Assembly: GCA_038214755.1 (NCBI GenBank)
Contig: JBBQRQ010000068.1
Coordinates: 1-26,922, forward strand
Source: Verrucomicrobiota bacterium
GTDB taxonomy: Bacteria > Verrucomicrobiota > Verrucomicrobiia > Limisphaerales > CANJXF01
DNA: 26,922 nt
Reading direction: 5' to 3'
Position numbers and translations under genes: made by a program. Positions within the stretch are counted from its first letter, which is position 1; the number at the start of each line of letters is the position of its first letter. The notes under the pieces were generated by a model. The model ran no database searches, was not told the origin of the DNA, and was given only the letters and a program-made list of their open reading frames with translations. Positions 1 to 8,411 of the stretch are shown piece by piece.

Positions 1-1
1 C

Positions 2-8
2 GTTAGGC
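2..8 (+). other. attC: attC R' core site (rest of the site lies upstream of the window)
   Basis: GTTAGGC at 2-8. GTTAGGCTC (2-10) is the reverse complement of GAGCCTAAC (613-621) at the other end of the cassette. Confidence 0.85.
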
Positions 9-16
9 TCCGACCT

Positions 17-607
17 GTGTTTAGCGAAATCCCTCTTTCCATGTTAGCGCGTATGCGTGAGCTTGAGCAGATTGACCAACGCGATCGCTCAGATGGTACT
101 CCTCATTCGGAGCGCCTGCGGCAGGTTTCGCCTGAGGCGGGCCGTTTTCTCGCGATTTTGGCGGCGATTGCCCCGCCCGGTGAGTGCCTCGAGATTGGGA
201 CGAGTGGAGGATACTCAGCCATGTGGATCGCTCTGGGTTGTCGGGCAAGAGGTGGTCGACTGATTACGTTCGAGACTTCGGAGCAGAAGGTCCGGCTAGC
301 TAGGCAGACGATTGAGCAAGCGCAGATAAGCTCTACAGTAGAGCTTGTGCAGGAAGACGCCTTGGAGCACCTGCCGCGTTTCCAGAAAATTAGCTTCTGC
401 TTCTTGGATGCAGAAAAGGATCTGTATGAGAAGTGCTACGACTTAGTGGTCCCTCGAATGGTTGAAGGTGCTCTTTTGATTGCTGACAATGCGATCAGTC
501 ATCAATCCTCACTTCAATCGTTTATTGATAACACACGCCGCGATAATCGGGTGGACTCGGTTCTTGTCCCGATAGGAACAGGCTCTCTGGTATGCAGGCG
601 CAAATGA
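17..607 (+). CDS. Class I SAM-dependent O-methyltransferase (caffeoyl-CoA OMT-like), cassette 1
   Basis: Motifs LEIGTSGGYSA, FLDAEK, IADNAI; GTG start 8 bp after the core site. Confidence 0.9.
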   Translation: MFSEIPLSMLARMRELEQIDQRDRSDGTPHSERLRQVSPEAGRFLAILAAIAPPGECLEIGTSGGYSAMWIALGCRARGGRLITFETSEQKVRLARQTIEQAQISSTVELVQEDALEHLPRFQKISFCFLDAEKDLYEKCYDLVVPRMVEGALLIADNAISHQSSLQSFIDNTRRDNRVDSVLVPIGTGSLVCRRK

Positions 608-614
608 TTTCAGA

Positions 615-738
615 GCCTAACCAAGCGATGCAGCGAACGACTACCCGCTGTTCGCCCCCCACTTCCCATGACTAAACCATTTCATCTCCGAGCGACGCTT
701 GCTCCCGGTAGGCGTCGCTGATCTTGTTCTCGTTAGGC
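615..738 (+). other. attC: attC site 1 (124 bp)
   Basis: R'' GCCTAAC 615-621, 5-nt spacer, L'' GATGCAGC ... L' GCTGATC, R' GTTAGGC 732-738. Confidence 0.93.
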
Positions 739-751
739 ATCATTCACGCGT

Positions 752-1063
752 ATGGGTTTTAAGATTTCACCGCCGGTTAATGCGATTCTTGGGCCAATGA
801 CTGTATTCGGCATTATTTGGATATCCGTCCACATGCTCGTGCTTCCTACCTTCGAGATCTTCGCGCCGCTTTCGGACGCTACTCGACGACTGGCATTGTT
901 AATCACGGTTTTCGTCGCTGCCGTCGCGGGTTCCGTTTACTCCTTGAGATTTGCACAGAGGGAACGAGCGAGATTGTCGCGGACTGATTTGGGATTCTAT
1001 TGGTTGTTTTGACCGATATTATTTTTCGGCATCTTTGGATTCGGAGTTTATTTGAGTCGATGA
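752..1063 (+). pseudogene. Small membrane protein with an internal TGA at 1010-1012, cassette 2
   Basis: The ORF stops at ...YWLF*, but the same frame continues as hydrophobic PILFFGIFGFGVYLSR to a TGA at 1061-1063, 7 bp before attC. Confidence 0.7.
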
Positions 1064-1070
1064 AGATGAT

Positions 1071-1331
1071 GCCTAACCAAGCGCGAGCCTGTGTGAAAAC
1101 TCAAATCTGGTCATTTTACAAAACGAAAAAGTGGTTCAAATCACTCTCGCCAAAAATAAAAACGCGCCAGAACAAAAATGTGAGCGTCGATTTTTTCATG
1201 CGGCTTGCTCGTGGTGAGTTTTCACACAGGCTCGCGCTGGAGCCAACGCGGTTGAGCCGTTCTGGTTTGCCGGGAAGTCGCGGGTGTGCTTGCGTTTTCG
1301 GTCCGCGTGGCTCAGCTTTTATCCGTTAGCT
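1071..1331 (+). other. attC: attC site 2, interrupted by a MITE (108 bp when reconstituted)
   Basis: Removing 1085-1233 and one GCGC restores GCCTAAC-CAAGC-GCTGGAGC...GCTCAGC-TTTTATCC-GTTAGCT. Confidence 0.9.
1085..1233. mobile_element. 149-bp MITE (ends resemble IS1182/IS5-type termini) inserted in attC2
   Basis: Perfect 19-bp terminal inverted repeats GAGCCTGTGTGAAAACTCA (1085-1103 / 1215-1233), GCGC duplicated on both sides (1081-1084, 1234-1237), A-rich non-coding interior. Confidence 0.88.
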
Positions 1332-1342
1332 GTCAATCGCGC

Positions 1343-1951
1343 ATGCACCCTGATATACCACCGCCATTGCCTCAACCGCCGCGAGTTCCGATGAGCAGCC
1401 GCAGCAAGCTCCTTGTCGGGCTGGCTCTTCTACCGGCATTTCTTGTTGGCGCACTGATTCTGCTTCGCGTTTGCGGACTGGTCCGACCGTTCTCCGTGCC
1501 CACGGGAGCGATGACGCCTGCGGTCTCCGCAGGCGACCACATTGTGATGGAAGGTATGACGTTTCTCTCTCGCCAGCCTCGTCTTGGAGATATTGTGGTC
1601 TTCAAGACCGACGGAATCGCTTCGTTGCCGTCTGCGACGATTTATGTCAAAAGGGTCGCAGGAAAGCCTGGAGACCATGTGCGGCTTTCAGAGGGTAAGT
1701 TGTTCATCAATGACAAGCAGGTGTCACTTAGCAATGTTGTGGGAGAGATTGCCTACGATCTGCCGCCCCGTGTTGGGACGTTTTCACTGCAGACCAACCT
1801 GACAGTTCCAAGCGGCTGCTATTTTGTGCTCGGTGATAATTCGACCAACAGCTTTGACAGCCGCTTTTGGGGTAGCGTCCCGCGCGCGAACATCATCGGC
1901 CGGGTTTCATTTTGTTATTGGCCACCACAAAGAGTCGGAGAAGTAAAATGA
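1343..1951 (+). CDS. lepB: Signal peptidase I (S26) homologue, cassette 3; nucleophile position is Ala
   Basis: N-terminal TM segment, PTGAMTP, GDIVVF, YVKRV, GDNSTNSFDSRFWG. The ATG at 1343 is the first start after the core site. Confidence 0.88.
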   Translation: MHPDIPPPLPQPPRVPMSSRSKLLVGLALLPAFLVGALILLRVCGLVRPFSVPTGAMTPAVSAGDHIVMEGMTFLSRQPRLGDIVVFKTDGIASLPSATIYVKRVAGKPGDHVRLSEGKLFINDKQVSLSNVVGEIAYDLPPRVGTFSLQTNLTVPSGCYFVLGDNSTNSFDSRFWGSVPRANIIGRVSFCYWPPQRVGEVK

Positions 1952-1952
1952 C

Positions 1953-2045
1953 AGCTAACCATGCTCTGCAGCTAACGGCGGCGGGCCATCGCGGTTGCAA
2001 TCGGCGCGTCTCGTGGCCGCCGTCGCTGAACTTGGGTCGTTAGGC
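1953..2045 (+). other. attC: attC site 3 (93 bp)
   Basis: AGCTAAC 1953-1959, L'' TCTGCAGC ... L' GCTGAAC, GTTAGGC 2039-2045. Confidence 0.92.
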
Positions 2046-2073
2046 CGCTTCAAACGCCACGCACATCAAATCT

Positions 2074-2364
2074 ATGAAAACACAAAATACCTCCACCGAA
2101 ACGCACGCAGGAGTCATCCGCGCTGGCGTTATCAGTCTCTTAGTCTTCGCCCTTTGTTATGTCTGGATGACGGGGATTTCGGATACGCCGCGCGCATGGC
2201 TGTTTATCGTTTCTTTCGCGGTCTTCTTTGTCCTCATGATTCAGTCCATCGTTGACTTGCTTATCTTGGTGTTCGGGATCACCGCGAGGTTTTCAGGCAC
2301 GACCATCGGTCGGTCAGTGAGAGTCGTTCGTCGTCTTTTCTCACATGCTCCCAACGCGGCCTAA
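2074..2364 (+). CDS. Hypothetical membrane protein, cassette 4
   Basis: 96-aa ORF with two long hydrophobic segments that fills the cassette; its TAA stop lies within GCCTAAC. Confidence 0.8.
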   Translation: MKTQNTSTETHAGVIRAGVISLLVFALCYVWMTGISDTPRAWLFIVSFAVFFVLMIQSIVDLLILVFGITARFSGTTIGRSVRVVRRLFSHAPNAA

Positions 2365-2450
2365 CCATCGCTGTAGCGAACCCGGCCAACGCGCTGTGGT
2401 TGCAATCCGCGCGTCCCGCGGGCCGGGTCGCTGAGCTTGGGTCGTTAGGC
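2359..2450 (+). other. attC: attC site 4 (92 bp), last site of the array
   Basis: GCCTAAC 2359-2365 ... GCTGAGC-TTGGGTC-GTTAGGC 2444-2450; right half closely similar to attC3. Confidence 0.9.
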
Positions 2451-2500
2451 CTCGCGATGCTTCCTTTTCTCCTGACGCTCCACTGCATTACGATTCGCGA

Positions 2501-3235
2501 TCACACCGCGCCAAACCGTCGATGACGTCGCGCATATTCTTCGAGCGCGTCGTTGAATTGCGCTTTCCGAAAATCCGGCCAGAGCGTTTGCGTGACGACG
2601 AGTTCGGCGTAGGAAATTTGCCAGAGCAGAAAATTGCTGACGCGCATTTCGCCGCTGGTGCGAATCAATAAATCGGGATCGGGCCACGGGCGCGTGTAGA
2701 GATGTTGCGCAAAAATTTGTTCGTTGATTTCCGCCGGCTCGATGGCGCCGCGTTTTACTTTCGACGCGATCTCGCGCACGGCCTCGACGATCTCCGTGCG
2801 CCCGCCGTAACTCAACGCGAGGATGAGGGTGAGTCCATTATTTTTCGCGAGCGCGGCTTTGGTTTTGGCAAGCTGTTGCTGCACAAATTCGGGCAACCGA
2901 TAAATTTGGCCGATGGCTTCGAGGCGAACGTTGTTGCGATTCAATTCGGGAATTTCGTTTTTCAGAAATCGCGCGAGATATTTCATCAACGTATCGACTT
3001 CATCTTTCGGGCGGTTCCAATTCTCGACGGAGAAAGCGTAGAGCGTTAAATATTTTACACCCGCTTCGCCCGCCGCCCGCACGACCGCGCGCACGGATTC
3101 GACGCCGTGCCGATGACCTTCGACTCGCGGAAGATGACGTTGTTTCGCCCAACGTCCATTGCCGTCCATGATGATGGCGACGTGTTGAGGCAAAACGGCT
3201 TTGGCTTGTGGGGTAAGATGTAAAATAGCGCTCAC
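2501..3235 (-). CDS. uppS: Undecaprenyl diphosphate synthase (isoprenyl transferase)
   Basis: HVAIIMDGNGRWA, YAFSVENWNRP, PDLLIRTSGEMRVSNFLLWQ, RRFG. Confidence 0.97.
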   Translation of the reverse strand: MSAILHLTPQAKAVLPQHVAIIMDGNGRWAKQRHLPRVEGHRHGVESVRAVVRAAGEAGVKYLTLYAFSVENWNRPKDEVDTLMKYLARFLKNEIPELNRNNVRLEAIGQIYRLPEFVQQQLAKTKAALAKNNGLTLILALSYGGRTEIVEAVREIASKVKRGAIEPAEINEQIFAQHLYTRPWPDPDLLIRTSGEMRVSNFLLWQISYAELVVTQTLWPDFRKAQFNDALEEYARRHRRFGAV

Positions 3236-3291
3236 CGAATTTTTTCAGGAAACAGATGGACGACAACCTCGCCGACTACAGGCTTGCCCAT
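3232..3291 (-). pseudogene. Truncated PemK/MazF-type toxin remnant (19 aa, MGKPVVGEVVVHLFPEKIR)
   Basis: ATG overlaps the antitoxin 3' end. The peptide resembles the G(D/E)VVxxPFP first strand of MazF/PemK toxins. Its stop overlaps the uppS start (GTGA). Confidence 0.62.
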
Positions 3292-3470
3292 GCGGCATCC
3301 TCCTCCGGGTGGTTCCAATCTTTGGCGAGGGCGGATTCGCTCAGAAGCAATCCATTGAAATGTTCTTCCTCGTTTTTGAGACGCACGAAACGCGCGAAAT
3401 CATAGACCTCGCGTTGCAACGATTCCGGCAACTGGGTTAGTTCCTGTTCGATTAATTCTCGCGCCCTCAT
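3276..3470 (-). CDS. DUF2281-family putative antitoxin
   Basis: LPESLQREVYDFARF and acidic tail SESALAKDWNHPEEDAAWASL. Confidence 0.82.
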   Translation of the reverse strand: MRARELIEQELTQLPESLQREVYDFARFVRLKNEEEHFNGLLLSESALAKDWNHPEEDAAWASL

Positions 3471-3560
3471 GGTTCTTTATGGCACGAGAAAGTTTTTGAG
3501 GCAACTGTCGGTTCTCAAACAAAACGAGTTTGCGCGCGCGCCAGCCACTTGAGGCTTCAA

Positions 3561-4733
3561 TCAAATCCCTTTCAAGCGGTAGAACCGATTGCTGCTGGAC
3601 AAAGGCACGATTACTTCATTGTGGAGGTTGGTGAGATTTAAGGTGGGTGGTGGCGTCACGTCATTCCAGTTCGTGATGTTCAAATCAGAGCTCTGCTGCA
3701 AGACGAAAGGCGTCGAAGGCAAAAGCCACGAAATAAGAAGGCTGCTGCCCGAATGTTTAATGCTCAGTAACGGATTTGGAGTTGATTCCCCGCGGTAAAT
3801 CGAGCGGTACCATCCCGCCGCGGCCAATTTATTTCCATCTGCCGAGGAGGCGATGGCTTGCCAAGTTTTAATCGGCGCGCTGTTTGACAGCCAGGTTGTC
3901 CCTGAATTCGTCGAGCTATAAATCGGCCCGTAACTGGCCGCGACCATCTTGCTCCCATCCGCAGAACACGCGACAGAATGCCAATGCTGAACTGGTGTGC
4001 CACCGGACGTCCAAGTCGCTCCCGAATTTGTGGAAGTATAAATTGGCCCGAGATCGGAAAAAGCGACTGCGACCAATTTGGTTCCGTCCGATGACGACGC
4101 GACAGAAGCCCAATTTGTGCTGGGCGCGTTGGCGGACATCCAGGTTCCTCCAGAGTTAGTGGAGATGTAAATCGATCCTCCGCACACCACCGCGACTAAT
4201 TTGATCCCATCCGCCGAAGAAGCGACGGCTTGCCAATAGTTGCTGTTCGGAGCGGAGGTTGCTACCCAAGACTCTCCGGAATTTGTAGAGGTATAAATCG
4301 GACCGAAGGCAGCGACCGCGACTAATTTGATCCCGTCTGCTGAAGAGGCGACAGCTTTCCACCAATTCGTGCCGGGAACTGCGATGGGTATCCAACTGGC
4401 TCCTGAATTTTGAGAAATAAAAATTTGGCCGCTGCCGCCGCCGTCCGGCATCCCGGTCGCTGCCACTAAACTCATTCCATCGGCTGACGAGGCGATAGAA
4501 CTCCAATTTGTGAACGGTGCGCTGGTTGCCGCCCAGTTGGTCCCCGAATTCGTCGAAATATAAATCGAGCCGGAGCTTGGCCCGCCCGCCGCCGCCACCA
4601 ACTTGGATCCATCCGCAGACGAAGCGATAGAAACCCAATTCGTTTCAGGCGCGCTGGTCGGCATCCAGTTTTGCGAAAAGGTAGAATGGGCCACGCCCAA
4701 AATGATTGCCGCCAATTGAGCTTTCGCTTTCAT
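3561..4733 (-). CDS. Secreted beta-propeller (BNR/Asp-box-like repeat) protein with C-terminal RFYRL domain
   Basis: Signal peptide from the ATG at 4733; about seven repeats of W..(V/I)ASSADG.KLVA....G.IY.STNSG..W. Confidence 0.85.
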   Translation of the reverse strand: MKAKAQLAAIILGVAHSTFSQNWMPTSAPETNWVSIASSADGSKLVAAAGGPSSGSIYISTNSGTNWAATSAPFTNWSSIASSADGMSLVAATGMPDGGGSGQIFISQNSGASWIPIAVPGTNWWKAVASSADGIKLVAVAAFGPIYTSTNSGESWVATSAPNSNYWQAVASSADGIKLVAVVCGGSIYISTNSGGTWMSANAPSTNWASVASSSDGTKLVAVAFSDLGPIYTSTNSGATWTSGGTPVQHWHSVACSADGSKMVAASYGPIYSSTNSGTTWLSNSAPIKTWQAIASSADGNKLAAAGWYRSIYRGESTPNPLLSIKHSGSSLLISWLLPSTPFVLQQSSDLNITNWNDVTPPPTLNLTNLHNEVIVPLSSSNRFYRLKGI

Positions 4734-4770
4734 TGCTTTCTTTTTCCACCACGCTACCGGCGAGTCAAGT

Positions 4771-6106
<1,336 letters not shown>

Positions 6107-6111
6107 GTTGG

Positions 6112-6140
6112 AAAGTAGGAGTGCCGAATCTTATTTGCAA
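6112..6140 (-). promoter_or_regulatory. Putative sigma70 promoter for purA
   Basis: TTGCAA-17 bp-TACTTT on the minus strand. Confidence 0.5.
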
Positions 6141-6167
6141 GAGGGGATTCGGAACCGACGCAGTTCA

Positions 6168-6372
6168 GGGTGTGATTAAAAGCGGGTGAGGCTGGATTTG
6201 GTTTCTTGGACTGCGGCGGCATGACGCCGCTTTTCCTGCACGTTACGCGATGGAGAAAGTGCGCAAAAGGAAGAACCTTTCCGGCTTTTCCACCGTGCAG
6301 CCAAAGCGGGGACGTGTCCCCGCAGTCCAAAATAAGTTCGGTTCCAACCTCACCCACTTTTAATCACCCCCC
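6168..6372. mobile_element. ~205-bp MITE carrying an inverted REP pair, copy 1
   Basis: ~29-bp imperfect TIRs (GGGTGTGATTAAAAGYGGGTGAGGYTGGA), flanking direct repeat CGCAGTTCA (6159-6167 / 6373-6381), internal TTGGACTGCGG...CCGCTTT palindromes; second copy at 12241. Confidence 0.85.
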
Positions 6373-6610
6373 CGCAGTTCATGAAAAAAGAACAACAATA
6401 AACCACCCCCGCCCCCGTCCATCGTTTCGGGGGAACTTCAGAAGCTAGAGGGAAAGCCGACGCAAAATAAAACAACCGCTAAAGACAGCCCGCTCCACAG
6501 GCGGTGCGAAGCGTTTCCGTTTTTTGCGATTCCACGCGGGTGGATGAACCAGACCAACATCTCGCTGGTAGGTTGATGGAATTGGAGGCCCACCGAACTT
6601 ATCCCTTCCG

Positions 6611-6772
6611 TCAGACTTTTCGCCGGCCCCTGAGGAGAGACACGATAAAGATCACCAGAAATACGACAAAAAGAATCTTCGCAATGTAAGCCGCGGTTCC
6701 GGCTACCGCGAAGAATCCCAATGCGCCCGCAATTAACGCGATCAATAAGAATAACAACGTGTAGTATAACAT
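6611..6772 (-). CDS. DUF1328 (UPF0391/YtjA-like) small membrane protein
   Basis: [41 protein letters not shown] ribosome binding site. Confidence 0.92.
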   Translation of the reverse strand: MLYYTLLFLLIALIAGALGFFAVAGTAAYIAKILFVVFLVIFIVSLLRGRRKV

Positions 6773-7072
6773 AGGTTCCTTTCCAACGAACCAGCCGTTC
6801 CTTGCATCCCAGCGCAACTCCCTTGTTTTTTTCCCAACAAAGAACAAACGGTTCGTGTGAAAAAAACGTAGCCTTAAAGAGAAACAATGGAATCAGTTAA
6901 AGTGCCAGCCGAAGAGACCGGCATACTACCTGGCCCTAACTTTTCGGTGGAGAATTATCGTATGCCGCTCGGAAGTGGACTGAAGTTCCGCGCCTCTCCG
7001 AATCATTATTATTGCAGGCACGTATCCCATTACTTCGCGCCGGCTTAATTCTGGATGTGCCGGCAATCCATT

Positions 7073-7741
7073 CTACCAAAAATTCCATGCGCCTTTCCAA
7101 ATGATCCACAACGCTAACAGAAAATTGGTCGTCGCGTGCGCGGTCATGGCATCTCCCAGCCGTTTTTTCCAGCAAACTAAACCTTGATAGATAATGCCGC
7201 AGAGAATTCCGGCGAGCCATTCGTGATGGGCCAGACCAAAAATGGCCGAAGTAATGAGAAATGCGCCCCAACGAAATTGGCCGAGCGGAACCGTTTGGAA
7301 ATCCGAGCGAACGATGGAGCGATAAACGAAGGAGCGATAAAATACTTCTTCCAACGGAGGGACAACGAAAGTTGATCCGGCAACCCGACAGAAGACAAAG
7401 ATCCAGGCGAGCGGAGAATTATTTCCAAATTGTTGATGAGGATTCCAGAGCGCTCCGGTTTTTCCAAGATGCGGATAAAAATTATCCAGTCCCACCCATA
7501 GCGCGAAAACAATTATTCCAGCGACGATTGCCTCACCGCTGATTTTCCAGCGCATCTCTGGAACGTAGGGCCACACGGCCCAAATCATGGCCGCGCCCAG
7601 CAACGTCTTGATCAGGTAAATCCAATAACGCGATGCTTCCCCGAATCTCCCTTGAAAAAAAGTGAGCGCGATAAAAATAAAAAAAGGCGCAACGCGGACG
7701 AGCGTGGGAGAACCAGACAATTTATTTCTTAAGGAGATCAC
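7073..7741 (-). CDS. CAAX prenyl protease-related intramembrane protease (CPBP family, PEP-CTERM-associated type)
   Basis: VVPPLEEVFYRSF, FGLAH, AHATTN; multiple TM helices. Confidence 0.88.
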   Translation of the reverse strand: MISLRNKLSGSPTLVRVAPFFIFIALTFFQGRFGEASRYWIYLIKTLLGAAMIWAVWPYVPEMRWKISGEAIVAGIIVFALWVGLDNFYPHLGKTGALWNPHQQFGNNSPLAWIFVFCRVAGSTFVVPPLEEVFYRSFVYRSIVRSDFQTVPLGQFRWGAFLITSAIFGLAHHEWLAGILCGIIYQGLVCWKKRLGDAMTAHATTNFLLALWIIWKGAWNFW

Positions 7742-7766
7742 TTCGCCAGGGTTCGAATAGAAAATA

Positions 7767-8411
7767 TTACTTCATCCTCAGAACCGTGATTTGCCCGTCT
7801 CGTTCCAACGAGACTTCCTGCCGCTCGATTTTCACGACTCGCGCGCCCGCAACCGTTTCCCCCACCCCCAGAGTTTTTCCATTGATCAGCGCGGTTGGAT
7901 TGGAGAGCCGATAAAAAATTCCTTGCAGCTTTAGCGGGGGTGGCGCGGGGGGAGGAATAGGTTCACCCGCTTCTGCCACGCTCTGTGTTGATAATTTTTC
8001 TTCAACCGAACCTGAATTTGCGGAAGGTTGCGTGGAGACAGGTGTGACCTCGGCCGCTATTCTATTTTCCGGCTGCGCAGGAGTAACACTGGGCGCGACT
8101 TTCGTAGCCGCCGACGTGAGGAGGCGGTCTGACTTTTCCTGATTGCTTAAATCACTCCGCCTCCTCACGTCGTCGGCTACGGACTTGGAGTGGATTACGG
8201 TGGTGGAATTGGTCTTCAAACTTTTCCACAGAAAGAAGCCTGCCAGGAGTACGACCAAAGGAATCGCGATCAGTAAGATCGGCGCAAGAGAGGACGATGA
8301 CGATTTGGTCGGCGAAGGATTGGGCAGCATCGGCGCGCCAGCGGATGTGTCGGAAGATTCTTTTTTCTTCGTTTGATTTGCCCTGCGCAGCGCGTCGTTG
8401 ATTAAACTCAT
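7767..8411 (-). CDS. GspB/ExeB-like membrane protein
   Basis: MSLINDALRRA start, one TM helix, Pro/Ser linker, C-terminal LQGIFY...ALING...GARVVKI; overlaps the ExeA stop (ATGA). Confidence 0.75.
   Translation of the reverse strand: MSLINDALRRANQTKKKESSDTSAGAPMLPNPSPTKSSSSSLAPILLIAIPLVVLLAGFFLWKSLKTNSTTVIHSKSVADDVRRRSDLSNQEKSDRLLTSAATKVAPSVTPAQPENRIAAEVTPVSTQPSANSGSVEEKLSTQSVAEAGEPIPPPAPPPLKLQGIFYRLSNPTALINGKTLGVGETVAGARVVKIERQEVSLERDGQITVLRMK
8103..8181. repeat. GTAG-type REP doublet in-frame inside the GspB-like gene
   Basis: 25-bp inverted arms CGTAGCCG(C/A)CGACGTGAGGAGGCGG at 8103-8127 and 8157-8181, one mismatch. Confidence 0.85.

Larger units (their letters stand above)
2..2450 (+). 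mobile_element. Integron gene cassette array, distal end (4 cassettes; integrase/attI not in window)
   Basis: Co-oriented short ORFs, each followed by a RYYTAAC...GTTRRRY imperfect palindrome (attC). The window starts at a GTTAGGC core site. Confidence 0.95.

Noticed and set aside
1000..1329. 109-aa ORF across attC2
   Set aside because: It runs through the MITE and attC and has no protein-like features; not a transposase.
1286..1342. N-terminal extension of the lepB ORF
   Set aside because: It starts inside attC2; the ATG at 1343 fits the cassette boundary.
1995..2255. 86-aa ORF starting in attC3
   Set aside because: Alternative frame overlapping attC and the better cassette ORF at 2074-2364.
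615..2450. Spaced repeats as a CRISPR array
   Set aside because: The repeats are long, variable palindromes separated by whole genes, which fits attC; no cas genes or constant spacers.
6438..6887. 149-aa minus-strand ORF
   Set aside because: Overlaps the well-supported DUF1328 gene in another frame and has no recognisable motif.
6890..6908. Possible sigma54 promoter (TGGCAC-N5-CTGA, minus strand)
   Set aside because: The -12 element lacks the conserved GC; too weak to call.
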